Shown piece by piece: positions 48,655-60,735 of a DNA stretch of 64,000 bases. The first letter of the stretch is position 1, and every line of letters starts with the position of its first letter. The stretch is from Octopus sinensis (lineage: Eukaryota), in assembly GCF_006345805.1 (NCBI RefSeq), contig NC_043018.1, forward strand, positions 24,118,001 through 24,182,000, given 5' to 3'. A program made the position numbers and the translations under genes. The notes beneath the pieces were generated by a model. The model was not told where the DNA came from. It saw only the letters and a program-made list of their open reading frames with translations, and made no database searches.

Positions 48655-49032
48655 GCGCAGGAGTGGCTGTGTGGTAAGTAGCTTGCTTACCAACCACATG
48701 GTTCCGGGTTCAGTCCCACTGCGTGGCATCTTGGGCAAGTGTCTTCTGCTATAGCCCCGGGCCGACCAATGCCTTGTGAGTGGATTTGGTAGACGGAAAC
48801 TGAAAGAAGCCTGTCGTATATATGTGTGTGTGTGTTTGTCCCCCTAGCATTGCTTGACAACCGATGCTGGTGTGTTTACGTCCCCGTCACGTAGCGGTTC
48901 GGTAAAAGAAACCGATCGAATAAGTACTGGGCTTACAAAGAATAAGTCCCGGGGTCGAGTTGCTCGATTAAAGGCGGTGCTCCAGCATGGCCGCAGTCAA
49001 ATGACTGAAACAAGTAAAAGAGAGTAAAGAGT
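48655..49032 (+). mobile_element. Bipartite tRNA/CORE-like SINE with central (TA)(TG) microsatellite
   Basis: A box ggctgtgtggtaa, B box ggttcagtcc, CORE-like catcttgggcaagtgtctt, microsatellite, second module ending gactgaaacaagtaaaag. Copies also at 44443-44845, 53714-54103 (+) and 31940-33040, 51330-51910, 52545-52930, 57838-58240, 58898-59265 (-). Confidence 0.88.
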
Positions 49033-49755
49033 ATATATATATATATATTAAAAATGGGGAAGGCCGGTTTATGGGAGTACCTTAGGTTTCCCGTCCATAA
49101 AGGTTTAGCTTTATAGTGTATCGTCAGATCCCAAAATCTGTTAGCCCAAGACTACATACACACACGCACGCACGCACAGGTACATAAGCATGGAAAAAAG
49201 ACAAGAGGTACACACACACAGTACCAACTGCCTGAATCAGCATCTTAATTAACAACAGCTCTGCAGTAAATGCAGGCTCACACACGGCTATTAAATTAGC
49301 TGTCGAAATTTCTCAGCGTAAGTTCTTTAATTTTGCATCTTGATAGCTAAATTTTTAATTCTTTCAACAGATAATTTAACTGTTATTAGCATATTTTTTC
49401 AATTGAGTGATTAAGAAACAAATAATTGTATATTCGATGGGTTGGCGAAACCTCTGTTCCAAGCAGACCAGCTGTTTTACGGTCACACTCGTTCTAAACC
49501 ATTTGTTTTTGGGTTCGAATGCAGCCATGGTCGATTTATCCGTTTAATTCTATTAAGGCCTCTTTAAAAATTCTACTAAAATGTTCTGGGACCGATTCAA
49601 GCATTTATAATCTTGAATTAAGCGTGTACAATAATTCCATCACTGTTTTACATTTTATTTTGCCAATAAAACATATGAGTTATTTGTTAGTATAATTTGT
49701 GGGGTCGGGGGTATTTTTTTTTACACTTGGCTGGATATCCTTCCCATTAATAACT

Positions 49756-50135
49756 TCACTTCTGCGAAGACTGAGTGAAAACCGGCTTGTTTTGCTTTAA
49801 GTTCAGATAGTTTTTATGTCGTGTGAACGTCCGCAGGCCTTGAAGCAAGGCCTTCGGGTGGGGATACCACATAGCCAGATACGAGCGTATCTGTGACAGA
49901 CTGGAGGTTGAAGGTTCTATGGTCTTGAGGAAACAGACGAAGGATTTTAATACGATGGACAAAATCTTGAAGGTTTTAGTTATAGTAAGTCAGAATAAAA
50001 TGTTGGAAATACAACGTGACATAGAACATCCGAGCGGAGTTTCAGAATAGCTCACCCCACATAAGCTTAATTTTCTGTTTCGGCGGGGATTTTTCGATTT
50101 TTTTTTACCATACATCTTAAATTGATGGGGGAAGC
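49756..50135 (-). other. Possible last two exons of an unidentified minus-strand gene or pseudogene (50135-50056 and 49923-49756)
   Basis: ggg|gtgagc donor, tttcctcaag| acceptor, in-frame join, TGA at 49758-49756, AATAAA on - strand at 49659-49654; no recognisable homology. Confidence 0.25.
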
Positions 50136-51942
50136 CTTTTATGGCAAAAAAATAAATAATAATAATAATAAATAAATGATAATAAAATAAATCAATGAAT
50201 ATAAATTGAAAATCTATGAAATAACTGAAGAAAGTTTTGAATTTATACGCGTCCTTGTAGATACCTCCGTCCTTGTGGAACCATTTCATTCGACGTATTG
50301 AGACAAATGTAGGTAATTTCGAATGAAATCACCGAAGTTTTCAAAGGCGCCCATGTATCACATCTCATTTCCCTGCCACAGAAACACTCACTGGTCTTGA
50401 ATTAAAACATAATTAAAATATGTATGGGTCATTGCATAAAAACTCACCATGGGTCCCATCTCAGATTTGCTTCAAGATTTAACTGCATAAAGCTTCTATG
50501 GAGAAAACACAACCTTGTATTTTCAGCAATTTCGGGTCAATTGCTCAGTCTGTTTAAAAGTTTGCAAAAATTTGCGAAAATTGCATGTCAGAAATTTAAA
50601 GGAGGATTTTTTCAAATTTGTCAGACCAAAACTTCAGTGACGAACCACTGAAGGTACAATTCAACTCACATGCTGCACAACCACTGTTAATTCAATTTTC
50701 AAAATAATGAGAAAGCAGTAGCAATGATAAAAAGAGACCTGTACTATCCAATGAAGCAACCTTCAAGTGTCTGATAAAAAACTAAAAGAGACCTGACATA
50801 TTTCTCTGAGAATTAATATGTGCACATCAAATTTAGCACCACTTTTGGTTCAACAGACAACTGAAATGGTGTTAATATAAACCTTCAGCCCTTTGGCATT
50901 TAAACCAGCCATATCTGGCCAAAATATTTAAAATGTTTTATGTTTAAACCGGCCTGATCTGACCTCTCACGCCTTCCCAACAATGTCGTTCTAAAAATAA
51001 ACAATCATAGCGCAGGCGGGACTGTGTGGTAAGAAGCTTGCTTCAAAATTTCAAAGCTATAAGATCAACCCAAAGCAATGTGAATAATTAAGCATTACAT
51101 TTGGCAGGATAAATTCAATGCTAAACAATTAAGGGTGCTTTGCTCCTTAGCACTCATTTTGGAGACGAATTTAGCACCCCTAAAACTCAGTGTACACTTA
51201 CTGGAAGCCTGTTACCCTAAAATTACGAAATGTTTCATGATAGCTAATTGTGGCTTTTACTGAATTTCAAACAAAAATACTTTTCTGAAGTTTTCATGAA
51301 ACACAGTTCTAGGCACAGTACAGTATCTTGAGATCCAATACGAAGTGAAATGGAGAAACTACGATTAGAACCCCTTCATTACAGCAGGTTTATGAATCAA
51401 CATCGTATAGGGACGGGTGTGGCTGTGTGGTAAGAAGTTTGCTTCCCAACCACATTATTCTGGGTTCAGTCCCACTGCATAGCACCTTGGGCAAGTGTCT
51501 TCCACTATAACTTTGGGCTGACCAAAGCCTTGCAAGTGGATTTGTTAGACGGAAACTGAAAGAAGCCTGTCGTATTCTTTTATATGTTTCAGTCATTTGA
51601 CTGTGGCCATACTGGAGCACTACCTTTAGTTGAACAAATCAACCCCAGGACTTATTCTTTGTAAACCTAGTACGTATTCTATCAGTCCTTTTACTGAACT
51701 GCTAAGTTACGGGGACGTAAACACACCAGCATTGGTTGTCAAACGATGGTGAGGGGACAGACATAGATACATGCACACACACACACACACATACAACAGG
51801 CTTCTTTCAGTTTCTGTCTACAAAATCCATTCACAAGGCTTTGGTTGGCTCGAGGCTATAGTAGAAGACACTTGACAAAGGTGCCATGCAGTGGGACTGA
51901 ACCCAGAACTATGTGCTTTGTATGTATACATATACATATATG

Positions 51943-54196
51943 TTTGAAAAAGGAAAAGAATGACTTCTCAGGTAGTTCTAATTAAATTAATTTTCTAATA
52001 ATATAATATAATTTCACAGTTTGGTTTGTAGATCTAGTAAGTTCTTTGTTAACTTTGGTAGGGAGATTTTTAAAAATATTCCTTGTTAACTTTTCTGGAG
52101 AACTTTCTCGCATTCATCAGTGGCAGTTGTCAAACTGATCTCAGGATGTGTTGTGCTGTGTGATTCTATATATAAGGGATTTGGGTGTGTCTGGGGTAGG
52201 ATTGGTGTTTGTTAATAAGTGTGGGAGTGAAGGAGTGCTAAAGATGAGTTTGGGTGTGTGTCTGAGGGGGTGGGGGTGTTAATGAGGTGCAAGATACATA
52301 TCTTTTGATAAAAAGGGGATGATAGCAGTGAGGAATCAAATAAGGTTAGTCTTGAAATGTTTGTTGATAGAAATTTATTTTTATATTGGTTTGGGAGGGC
52401 AGTGGGTGGGGAGATGATACTAGCTCACATATTTACTTCCCTACATATAAACAAACAATAAGTATACATACATATATACATATATATACACACATATATA
52501 TATGCATACACACACACACACACATATATACATATATTTTTTTTCTTTATTCTTTTATTTGTTTCAGACATTTGACTGCAGCCATGCTGGAGCCCTGCCT
52601 TTAGTTGAACAAATCAACCCCAAGACTTATATTTTGTAAGCCTAGTTCTTATTCTGTTGGTATCTTTTGCCACTAAGTTATGGGGATGTAAACACACCAA
52701 TATCGGTTGTCAAGCAATGGTGATGGGGGACAAACACAGACACACAAACATATACATATTATATATATATATACGATAGGCTTCTTTCAGTTTCCGTCTA
52801 CCAAATCCACTCACAAGGCTTTGGCCAGTCCAAGGCTATAGTAGAAGACACTTGCCCGAGTTGCTATGCAGTGGAACTGAACCCAGAACCATGTGGTTGG
52901 TAAGCAAGCCACTTACCACAGCCACTCCTCTGCCTATATATATATATATATATACTCATACACACACATATACATACATGCACATATGCATACATATGCA
53001 CACACATATACATATCTATACATATACACATACATATATACACACATGTATACACACGTGTGTGTATATGTCTGTGTATGTATGTATATGTATGCATGTA
53101 TACATATATATGTATACATATATATATATGTATATATATATGTGTGTGTGTGTGTTTGTGTATACATTTTGTTTGTTTATATGTAGGGAAGTAAATATGT
53201 GAGTGAGCATGATCTCCCCCCCCCCACTTTCCATCCCAAACCAATATAAGAAAATACATTTCTCTCAACAAACATTCCAAAACTAACATCATTTTACAAT
53301 TTGTTTTTCCCTCTCTGCTGCCACCCCCCCTGACACATACCCAAACTCATCTTCCACGTAGAAAATTACTGAAAACTTCCCTTGATGAAATCAAGATAGT
53401 TGATTTAGCCATAAGAGAATTTGAAAAACATGTGACCATTATATTTTTAACCAAGGATCATCTATTCAAATGGAACAAACAGGAGAACACTTTTGCAAGC
53501 CCTTCAAAAAATACTCTTTAACCATCCCACCATCTCCCAACTTCACCCTCAACCAATTATCTTTTTTTTACTATTTTACTATTTTCTTTCAGCTCTTGTT
53601 CATCAACACTCCTTCACTCCCACACTTATTAACCCCAATCCTGACCCAGAAAAGTTAACAAGGAATCTTTAAAAAAAATCTCCCTACCAAGTTAACAAAG
53701 AAATTACTAGATCCCAGGAGTGGCTGTGTGGTAAGTAGCTTGCTTACCAACCACATGGTTCCGTGGCATCTTGGGCAAGTGTCTTCTACTATAGCCTCGA
53801 CCCGACCAATGCCTTGTGAGTGGATTTGGTAGACGGAAACTGAAAGAAGCCTGTCATATATATGTATGTATATATATATATATATGTATGTGTGTGTATA
53901 TGTTTGTGTGTCTGTGTTTGTCCCCCTAGCATTGCTTGACAACCGATGCTGGTGTGTTTATGTCCCCGTCACTTAGCGGTTCGGCAAAAAGAGACCGATA
54001 GAATAAGTACTGGGCTTACAAAGAATAAGTCCCGGGGTCGATCTGCTCGACTAGAGGCGGTGCTCCAGCATGGCCGCAATCAAATGACTGAAACAAATAA
54101 AGAAGATCTACAAGCCAAACTGTAAAATTATATTATATTATTAGAAAATTAAATTAATTAGAAATACCAGTGAAATCATTCTTTTCCCTTTTCAAA
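51943..54196. repeat. Long inverted repeat (foldback-like), arms ~51943-52465 and ~53160-54196
   Basis: Blocks such as tttgaaaaaggaaaagaatga...gtagatctagtaa...gttaacttttctgg and cacatatttacttccctacatataaacaaac occur as reverse complements in both arms. Confidence 0.85.
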
Positions 54197-54536
54197 TGTA
54201 CCTAACTTCACCAAGGATTTTACACATTTTCCAATATAATTATGTGTGTGTGTCTATTTGTTCTCTCACCACTGCTTGACAACTGGCGTTGTTGTGTTTG
54301 TGTCCCCGTAACATAGAGATTCAACAAAAGAGACCGATAGAATAAGTACTAAGATTAAAAAAGAAATACTGGGGTTAATTCGTTCAACTAAAAATTCAAG
54401 GCGGTGCCCCAGCATGGCCGCAGTCTAATGGACTGAATCAAGTAAAAGAATAAAAACAGATCACGCCCCGCCACCCGATTCTTCTCTCCTCGTTTCCACA
54501 TTTTTTTTTTTTTTCTTCAATATTTGGTCCCAAAGG

Positions 54537-54915
54537 TGGTGAGCTGGCAGAATCGTTAGCACGCCAGGCGAAACGCCTAACGGTATTTCGTCTGCCGCTA
54601 CGTTCTGAGTTCAAATTCCGCCGAGGTCAACTTTCCCTTTCATCCTTTCGGGGTCGATTAAATAAGTACCAGTTACGCACTGGGATCGATGTAATTGACT
54701 TAATACCTATGTCTGTTCTTGTTTGTCCCCTCTATGTTTAGCCCCTTGTGGGTAGTTAAAGAAATAGGTATTTCGTCTGTCTTTACGTTCTGAGATCAAA
54801 TTCCTCCCAGATCGACTTTGCCTTTCATCTTTTCAGGATCGATAAATTAAGTACCAGCTGCGTACTGAGGTCGATCTAATCGACCCCCCACAAAAAAAAA
54901 TTTGGGGCCTAGAGT
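54537..54915 (+). mobile_element. Head-to-tail dimeric Meta-like SINE (second locus)
   Basis: Same junction aaagaaata|ggtatttcgtctg at 54766/54767. Confidence 0.85.
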
Positions 54916-55318
54916 AGAAAAGAATATTTGGTTCCTTTGTTGGTCTAAGCATCTCTGGGTCTTTTAAAATCTTTTAGTTCATATTAGTTGTATCTCACTG
55001 CTTTTGAGACATTTTCTTTTCTTTTCTTTTTTTTTTTCCTTATATATTTTATTAGGTGTTTCGTCGTTTTTATCTCGTCGCATCCACCCATACTCAATAC
55101 AGTCTAAACCTTGTTAAAACATCTTTTTTTGTTTACAATTCACTTAGGTTTCGTGTCTCATATTTAAATCTTAACGTTACGTTACCGGTTCAGCAGAGTT
55201 ACTTCCCTTGGTCCAGTAAACCCAATACTACCTTGACCATCGTAAAATCCGAACTTACGTGGATAAATAGGCCTGCGAACGTAGCCCAGTAAACTTAATG
55301 TATTTATTTATTTATTTA

Positions 55319-55731
55319 GGATCTTTCGGTTTGAACGGCAGTTTTTAACATAATTTCTAGGTAACTAAAAAATTTTAAACTTCGTATACTGGTAGAATGT
55401 GTTTATAAAACATCTTTTTCTCTTGGCTTTATTGAGAAAATTCTATAGTTTGTAAGATATTTGTTGTTTTTTTCTTCAATTTCTGCAATTTCAACCAATC
55501 ACTGACGTCTATTGAGGTAAAAAAAAACATTCTGTACCGTATGAATATGTCCCTCGTTTAAGAAACAGATTGGGTTTATTTACATTTGTGAAGAAAAAAA
55601 AGATATCCTTCCCCCCACCCCTAACCCTAAAATAGATTGAAATGCAATAGATCGATACTAGGGCCACAATTATGGGTGACAATTTCATATGACACCGCTA
55701 GAAAAAACTGCCGTTCAAACCGAAAAGATCC
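55319..55731. mobile_element. Longer copy of the same GG-TIR MITE
   Basis: Same TIRs, 413 bp, with extra internal segment; TSD only partly conserved (tttat). Confidence 0.85.
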
Positions 55732-58700
55732 TTTATGCCCCCAAGACAGCTCTGATTCAGAATACCTCTGTCACTGAGGTAGTCGATCAAACGATTGAAC
55801 GGGACCTGCAGTTCCTTTGTCTCGGTGACGTCTGTTCAGTTTGATCTCCGTCTCATGCCATTCCTTATCTGCTGTTATGTAAACCTTCAGGTGTACCATC
55901 GTGGATCAAACTTGTGACCATACGATATTCTAGCTTTGACCAACTCATCAATTTTTCTTAGGAGATGGGTGGAGTATGTTGGAATATATCCAGGTGGTAA
56001 AATGTTATTCAGGGGAGATTTGACTGTTATTTTTCGCAGGTCTAGTTGACTACGTAGCAGCTCCTTGTTTTCATTGTGGCATATTGTATCCAGAACAATA
56101 TTGTACATTGTACCCTGTTTCTCCGCTATGGTTCTAAAACAGCAGGTTGTGTGTGTGTGTTTGTATGTAATTTGGTTGCTATTTAAAGCTGGTTGGATCC
56201 AGCTGCTCTTTTCTGGACTGTCTGTGGACTACAGTTAACCACAAACCTCATTCAGTTTTGCATGTGTTAAAAGTATTACACACACACACACAACACAGTG
56301 CTTAACTACATATTTTATTATTACATACACAGATCATCACTACCACCACCACCACTATCACCATCATCAATTTTACATCTACATTTCCATGCTGGCATGG
56401 ATCAGATGAGTTGTCAAAGTCTTCATCAGATTTTGTTTTGGAATTACTGTCCTTCTAGACATATCAGGAACCACATCTTGCTTGTGTGTTCCATCGGTAG
56501 TACATTTTCTATAGCTAGATGTCCTTTCTGCCATCAACCACTCTACAGAATGTGCTGGGTGCATTTTATCACAGCAGCAATTCTAAAATCTCATCTAGAG
56601 GATGGAAAACTGTGATTCCAAACCTTTGCTGCTTTGCAACCATACACAACCATGATGAAAGCTTTGGGGGTAAACCCTAAAGATATATATATCAAGATCA
56701 TCATCACCAACGTTTTAGCACCCACTTTTCCCTGCTTGCATGGGTTGAACAGAAATTATTGAGGCAGGTTTTCCACAACCTGATGCCTTTCCTTTCACTA
56801 AAGTTTATCCATTTCCAACCAAGACAATATTACACCATCATTTGCCTCTTTTTTTCTTTCTATCTCCCCTTCATTGTTTTCTCTCTCTCTCATGCCTACT
56901 CCCACCAATTTTCACTCTGCCTCACCTAACACATCTATGCCTTTCACCCTCCCCATGCTCTCTGAAACTACTTCTCTCTTTCTTCTGTCTCTCTTCTTTT
57001 TACAAGTACAGTTTAGCAACATAACTGTACTAGTACATCTGGAAATTCAAAAGTAGAGAAATCAGTAAGATTTAACAAAATGGAGTATTTTTGTAAAAGC
57101 TGGGCCAGCTAGAGAATTGTTGAAAAAGTTAGGCTGTGTATAATTGAAACACATGGATTCAACTTGGGCGTTGCAGAGAAATCTCCTATTTCATAACAAC
57201 AGATAACATCTTACATTGAAGAGAGGAAATACAAGGGAAAAAAATTTTGCACATGACCTGTATCAAGAGACTTTTCCCCTCAAGGAATTTGAAATACAAT
57301 CAGAGTAATTAACGCAAACTATCTAGGGTAATCACATGCTGAATCAAAAAGCATTATATAACTCAGAAAAGAAAGTGAAGAAAAATTGAATAAGCACACA
57401 GAATTACCTGTCTGGGTTTATTGAGGGTATTAAATTCACTTTTGGTAAATACTTTAAAAGAGTAAAAGAGAGAGAGTAAAGAGAGTACACTTGATTATCA
57501 TCATCATCTTTTAGCATCCATTTTTCCATGCTTGTATGAGTTTGACAGACTTTTATTTGAGGTAAATTTTCTGCAGCCGGATGCTCTTCCTGTCACCAAC
57601 ACTCTCTTATTTCCAAGCAAGGTAATATTTCCCCATGGCCAGACATGTCTTCACAGAACATTGGAAATGAATGACACTATATGACAATGACACCCATTTA
57701 CAACTCTCATGTGATGTCAAGACAAGAAGATACTCACACATACACACAGATAGATAGATAGATAGACTGAGAGATTGATAGATAGATATGACAGGCTTTG
57801 GTTGGCCCAAGGCTACATTTTTTCTATTTTTTATTTTTTTATTTGTTTCAGTCATTTGACTGCAGCCATGCTGGAGCACTGCCTTTAGTCGAGCAAATCG
57901 ACCCCAGGACTTAGTCTTTGTAAGCTTAGTACTTATTCTATCGGTCTCTCTTGCCGAACCGCTAAGTGACGAGGACGTAAACACACCAGTATCAGTTGTC
58001 AAGTAATGTTGGGGGCACAAAGGGGGACAAACACAGACACACAAACATACACACACACACACACACACATACACACACACACATACAACAAGCTTCTTTC
58101 AGTTTCCGTCTATCAAATCCACTCACAAGGCTTTGGTCGGCACGAGGCTATAGCAGAAGACACTTGCCCAAGATGCCACGCAGTGGGACTGAACCCAGAA
58201 CCATGTGGTTGGTAAGCAAGCTACTTACCACACAGCCACGGAAGATATTTGCTCGAGGTGCCATGCAGTTGGACTGAACCCAGAACCATGTGGTTGAGAA
58301 GCAAACTTCTCACCACACAACCGCATGTCTGCCTATTTATGCTGTCATATCAACAGTATAAAGCGACACATTAACTTTTGTGATCAATGAATATAATGCA
58401 TGGCCCAGTGTAGAGTGGTCTCTGGTCTTAGCTCAATTTGCCATTAACTCTATTGTTGCCTGAAGGATTGCCTGAGAAAATCTGAGTAGCAATATATGTG
58501 TGTGTAGATATGCATGCATGAACACACGTATGTATGTTTGTATGTAGTCCAGGCTTTAAAGTGATTGGTGATTGAAAAAGCATCCAGTCATTAAAACACA
58601 CACACACACACAACTCGTGCAATAACAAAGGTGGCTGGTTTTCTTTGTTGCTGAATAGAAACAAAGGACAAACAATTGCAAGCAAATGACGAAATGCTGT

Positions 58701-59669
58701 GAATTCTGTCCAACGCATGCCACAATCAGTTATAATGATGATGGTGATGGTTGATGAGGATGATAATCAGAGGTTCTCAACTGGGTCCATATAATACTTG
58801 GGGGTCTGATAAGATTTTATTGTTATAATTTATCTGCAATAAATCGGTAATCCCTTCCACAATGCACAAAATGTTTCAACAACGTTTTTTGTTCTTTTTA
58901 TTTGTTTCAATCATTTGACTGTGGCCATGCTGGAGCACCGCCTTTAGTCGAACAAACTGGCTCCAGGACTTATTCTTTGTAAGCCTAGTACTTATTTGAT
59001 CGGTCTCTTTTGCCGAACCGCTAAGTTATGGGAGTGTAAACACACCAACATTAGTTGTCAAGGAATTGTGGGGGGACAAACACAGACACTCAAACACACA
59101 TAAGATGGGTTTCTTTCAGTTTCCATCTACCAAATCTACTCACAAGGCTTTGGTTGGCCCGAGGCTATAGTAGGTGACATTTGCCCAAGGTGCCACACAG
59201 TGAGACTGAACCTGGAACCATGTGGTTTGTAAGCAAGCTACTTGCCACACACCCACTCCTACGCCTATAAGTGCAAGTTGTTTGCAAAACATGATTATGA
59301 TGATGTGTATAGCTTTTTGCACTCTTACTGATTCCCATTAGGCAGCTGGAACCAGGATGGGGCAATGTCATTAGCAGTGAATAATGTATTTATCTCTTGC
59401 TCAAAATAGCACAACCGTTTTAATATTTAAACATGACTGTTTTGTCATTGCAACACTAACTGATTTAAACATACAGAAGCACATAGATATATACACTTAT
59501 ACACATGTAGGTATATATGTGTAGGTGAAATTGTAGCTGTGTGCTAAGAGGTCTGCTTCCCAGGGTTCAGTGCCACTGTGTGGCACCTTGGAAAAGTGTC
59601 TGCTACTATAGTCCTACGCTGAGCAAAACTTCTTGAGTGGATTTGGTAGATGGAAACTGAAAGAAGCCC

Positions 59670-60210
59670 ATCATCATCATCGTCATCATTTAACAACCAT
59701 TTTCCATACTGGCATGGGTTGGATGGTTTGACAGGAGCAGTTCCAGCTGAGAGGATGGTCAGGTTCCATGTCTGTTTTGGCCTGGTTTCTACAGTTGGAT
59801 GCCTTTCCTAACACCAACCACTCTACAGAGAGTATTGTGTGACACCAGCACCCACAAGGCCACAAAATTAGGGTCGCTCAGCTGAAGAGGGAAGCAAGGG
59901 ACATCCCTGTATGCAGAGGCAACCATGATTTTACTTAGCTTAATGTGTCTTCTCAAACACAGCAAACCATCAGAAATCTCAGTCCCTTGTCATCCTCTCT
60001 ATGAGGCCCAACATCTGAGGATCCTCTCTCATCACTTTGTTCCACGTCTTTTTGGGTCTACCCCTTCCACATGTTCCTTCGGCAATTAGAGATCAGCACT
60101 TCTTGATACAACTATCTTCAGTCATACACATTACATGGCCATACCAGTGCAGTCTTCCCTCTTGCACACTACATCTAATTCTTTGTATGACCATCATGTA
60201 TAATTATATA
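59670..60210 (-). mobile_element. RTE-clade LINE 3' fragment ending in a (GAT)n tail
   Basis: Minus translation RLHWYGHVMCMTEDSCIKKC*SLIAEGTCGRGRPKKTWNKVMRED is a typical RTE RT C-terminus; it runs into the same 3' tail as the (GAT)n SINEs. Confidence 0.8.
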
Positions 60211-60249
60211 TATTTCCTTTCCTTCATTGGACATTAAACTCTGCTTGCA

Positions 60250-60735
60250 AAGACCTGTTGAGGCAAGTGAAATCAAAATCAAATTCGATGACTGGCATCT
60301 GTGCTAGTGGAGCGTTAAGAGAACCATCTGAGCATGATCGTTGCCAGAGCAGCTAACTGGCTTCTGTGCCAGTGACATGTAAAAAAGTACCATTCGAGTG
60401 TGATCATTACCAGCGCCGCCTTACTGGCACATGGAAAAAGATTCGAGCGAGGTTGTTGCCAGTGCTGCTGGACTGGCTCCTGTGCAGGTGGCACGTAAAA
60501 AACATCATTTGAGCGTGGCCGTTGCCAGTACCGCCTGACTGGCCCTCATGCCGATGGCATGTAAAAGCACCCACTACACTCTCGGAGTGGTTGGCATTAG
60601 GAAGGGCATCTAGCTGAAGAAACTCTGCCAAATCAAGATTGGAGGCTGGTGCAGCCATCTATTTCGCCAATCCTCAGTCAAATCATCCAACCTATGCTAG
60701 CATGGAAAGCGGATGTTAAATGAGGATGATGATGT
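60250..60735 (+). mobile_element. RTE-tail SINE
   Basis: Internal repeat units plus gatgttaaatgaggatgatgatg tail. Confidence 0.8.

Noticed and set aside
49955-49990. Plus-strand ATG GAC AAA ATC TTG AAG GTT TTA GTT ATA|gtaagt (MDKILKVLVI), resembling the start of a Rab-like GTPase
   Set aside because: No downstream plus-strand exon starting a GxxxxGK(S/T) P-loop was found in the remaining 14 kb; likely chance.
50226-50365. Protein-like minus-strand stretches (MGAFENFGDFIRNYLHLSQYVE*, MKWFHKDGGIYKDAYKF)
   Set aside because: They require frameshifts or cross stops to join, and no family is recognised; kept only as weak context for the candidate gene finding.
55618-55630. ccctaaccctaa telomere-like dimer
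   Set aside because: Only two units, internal to a MITE; not an interstitial telomere array.
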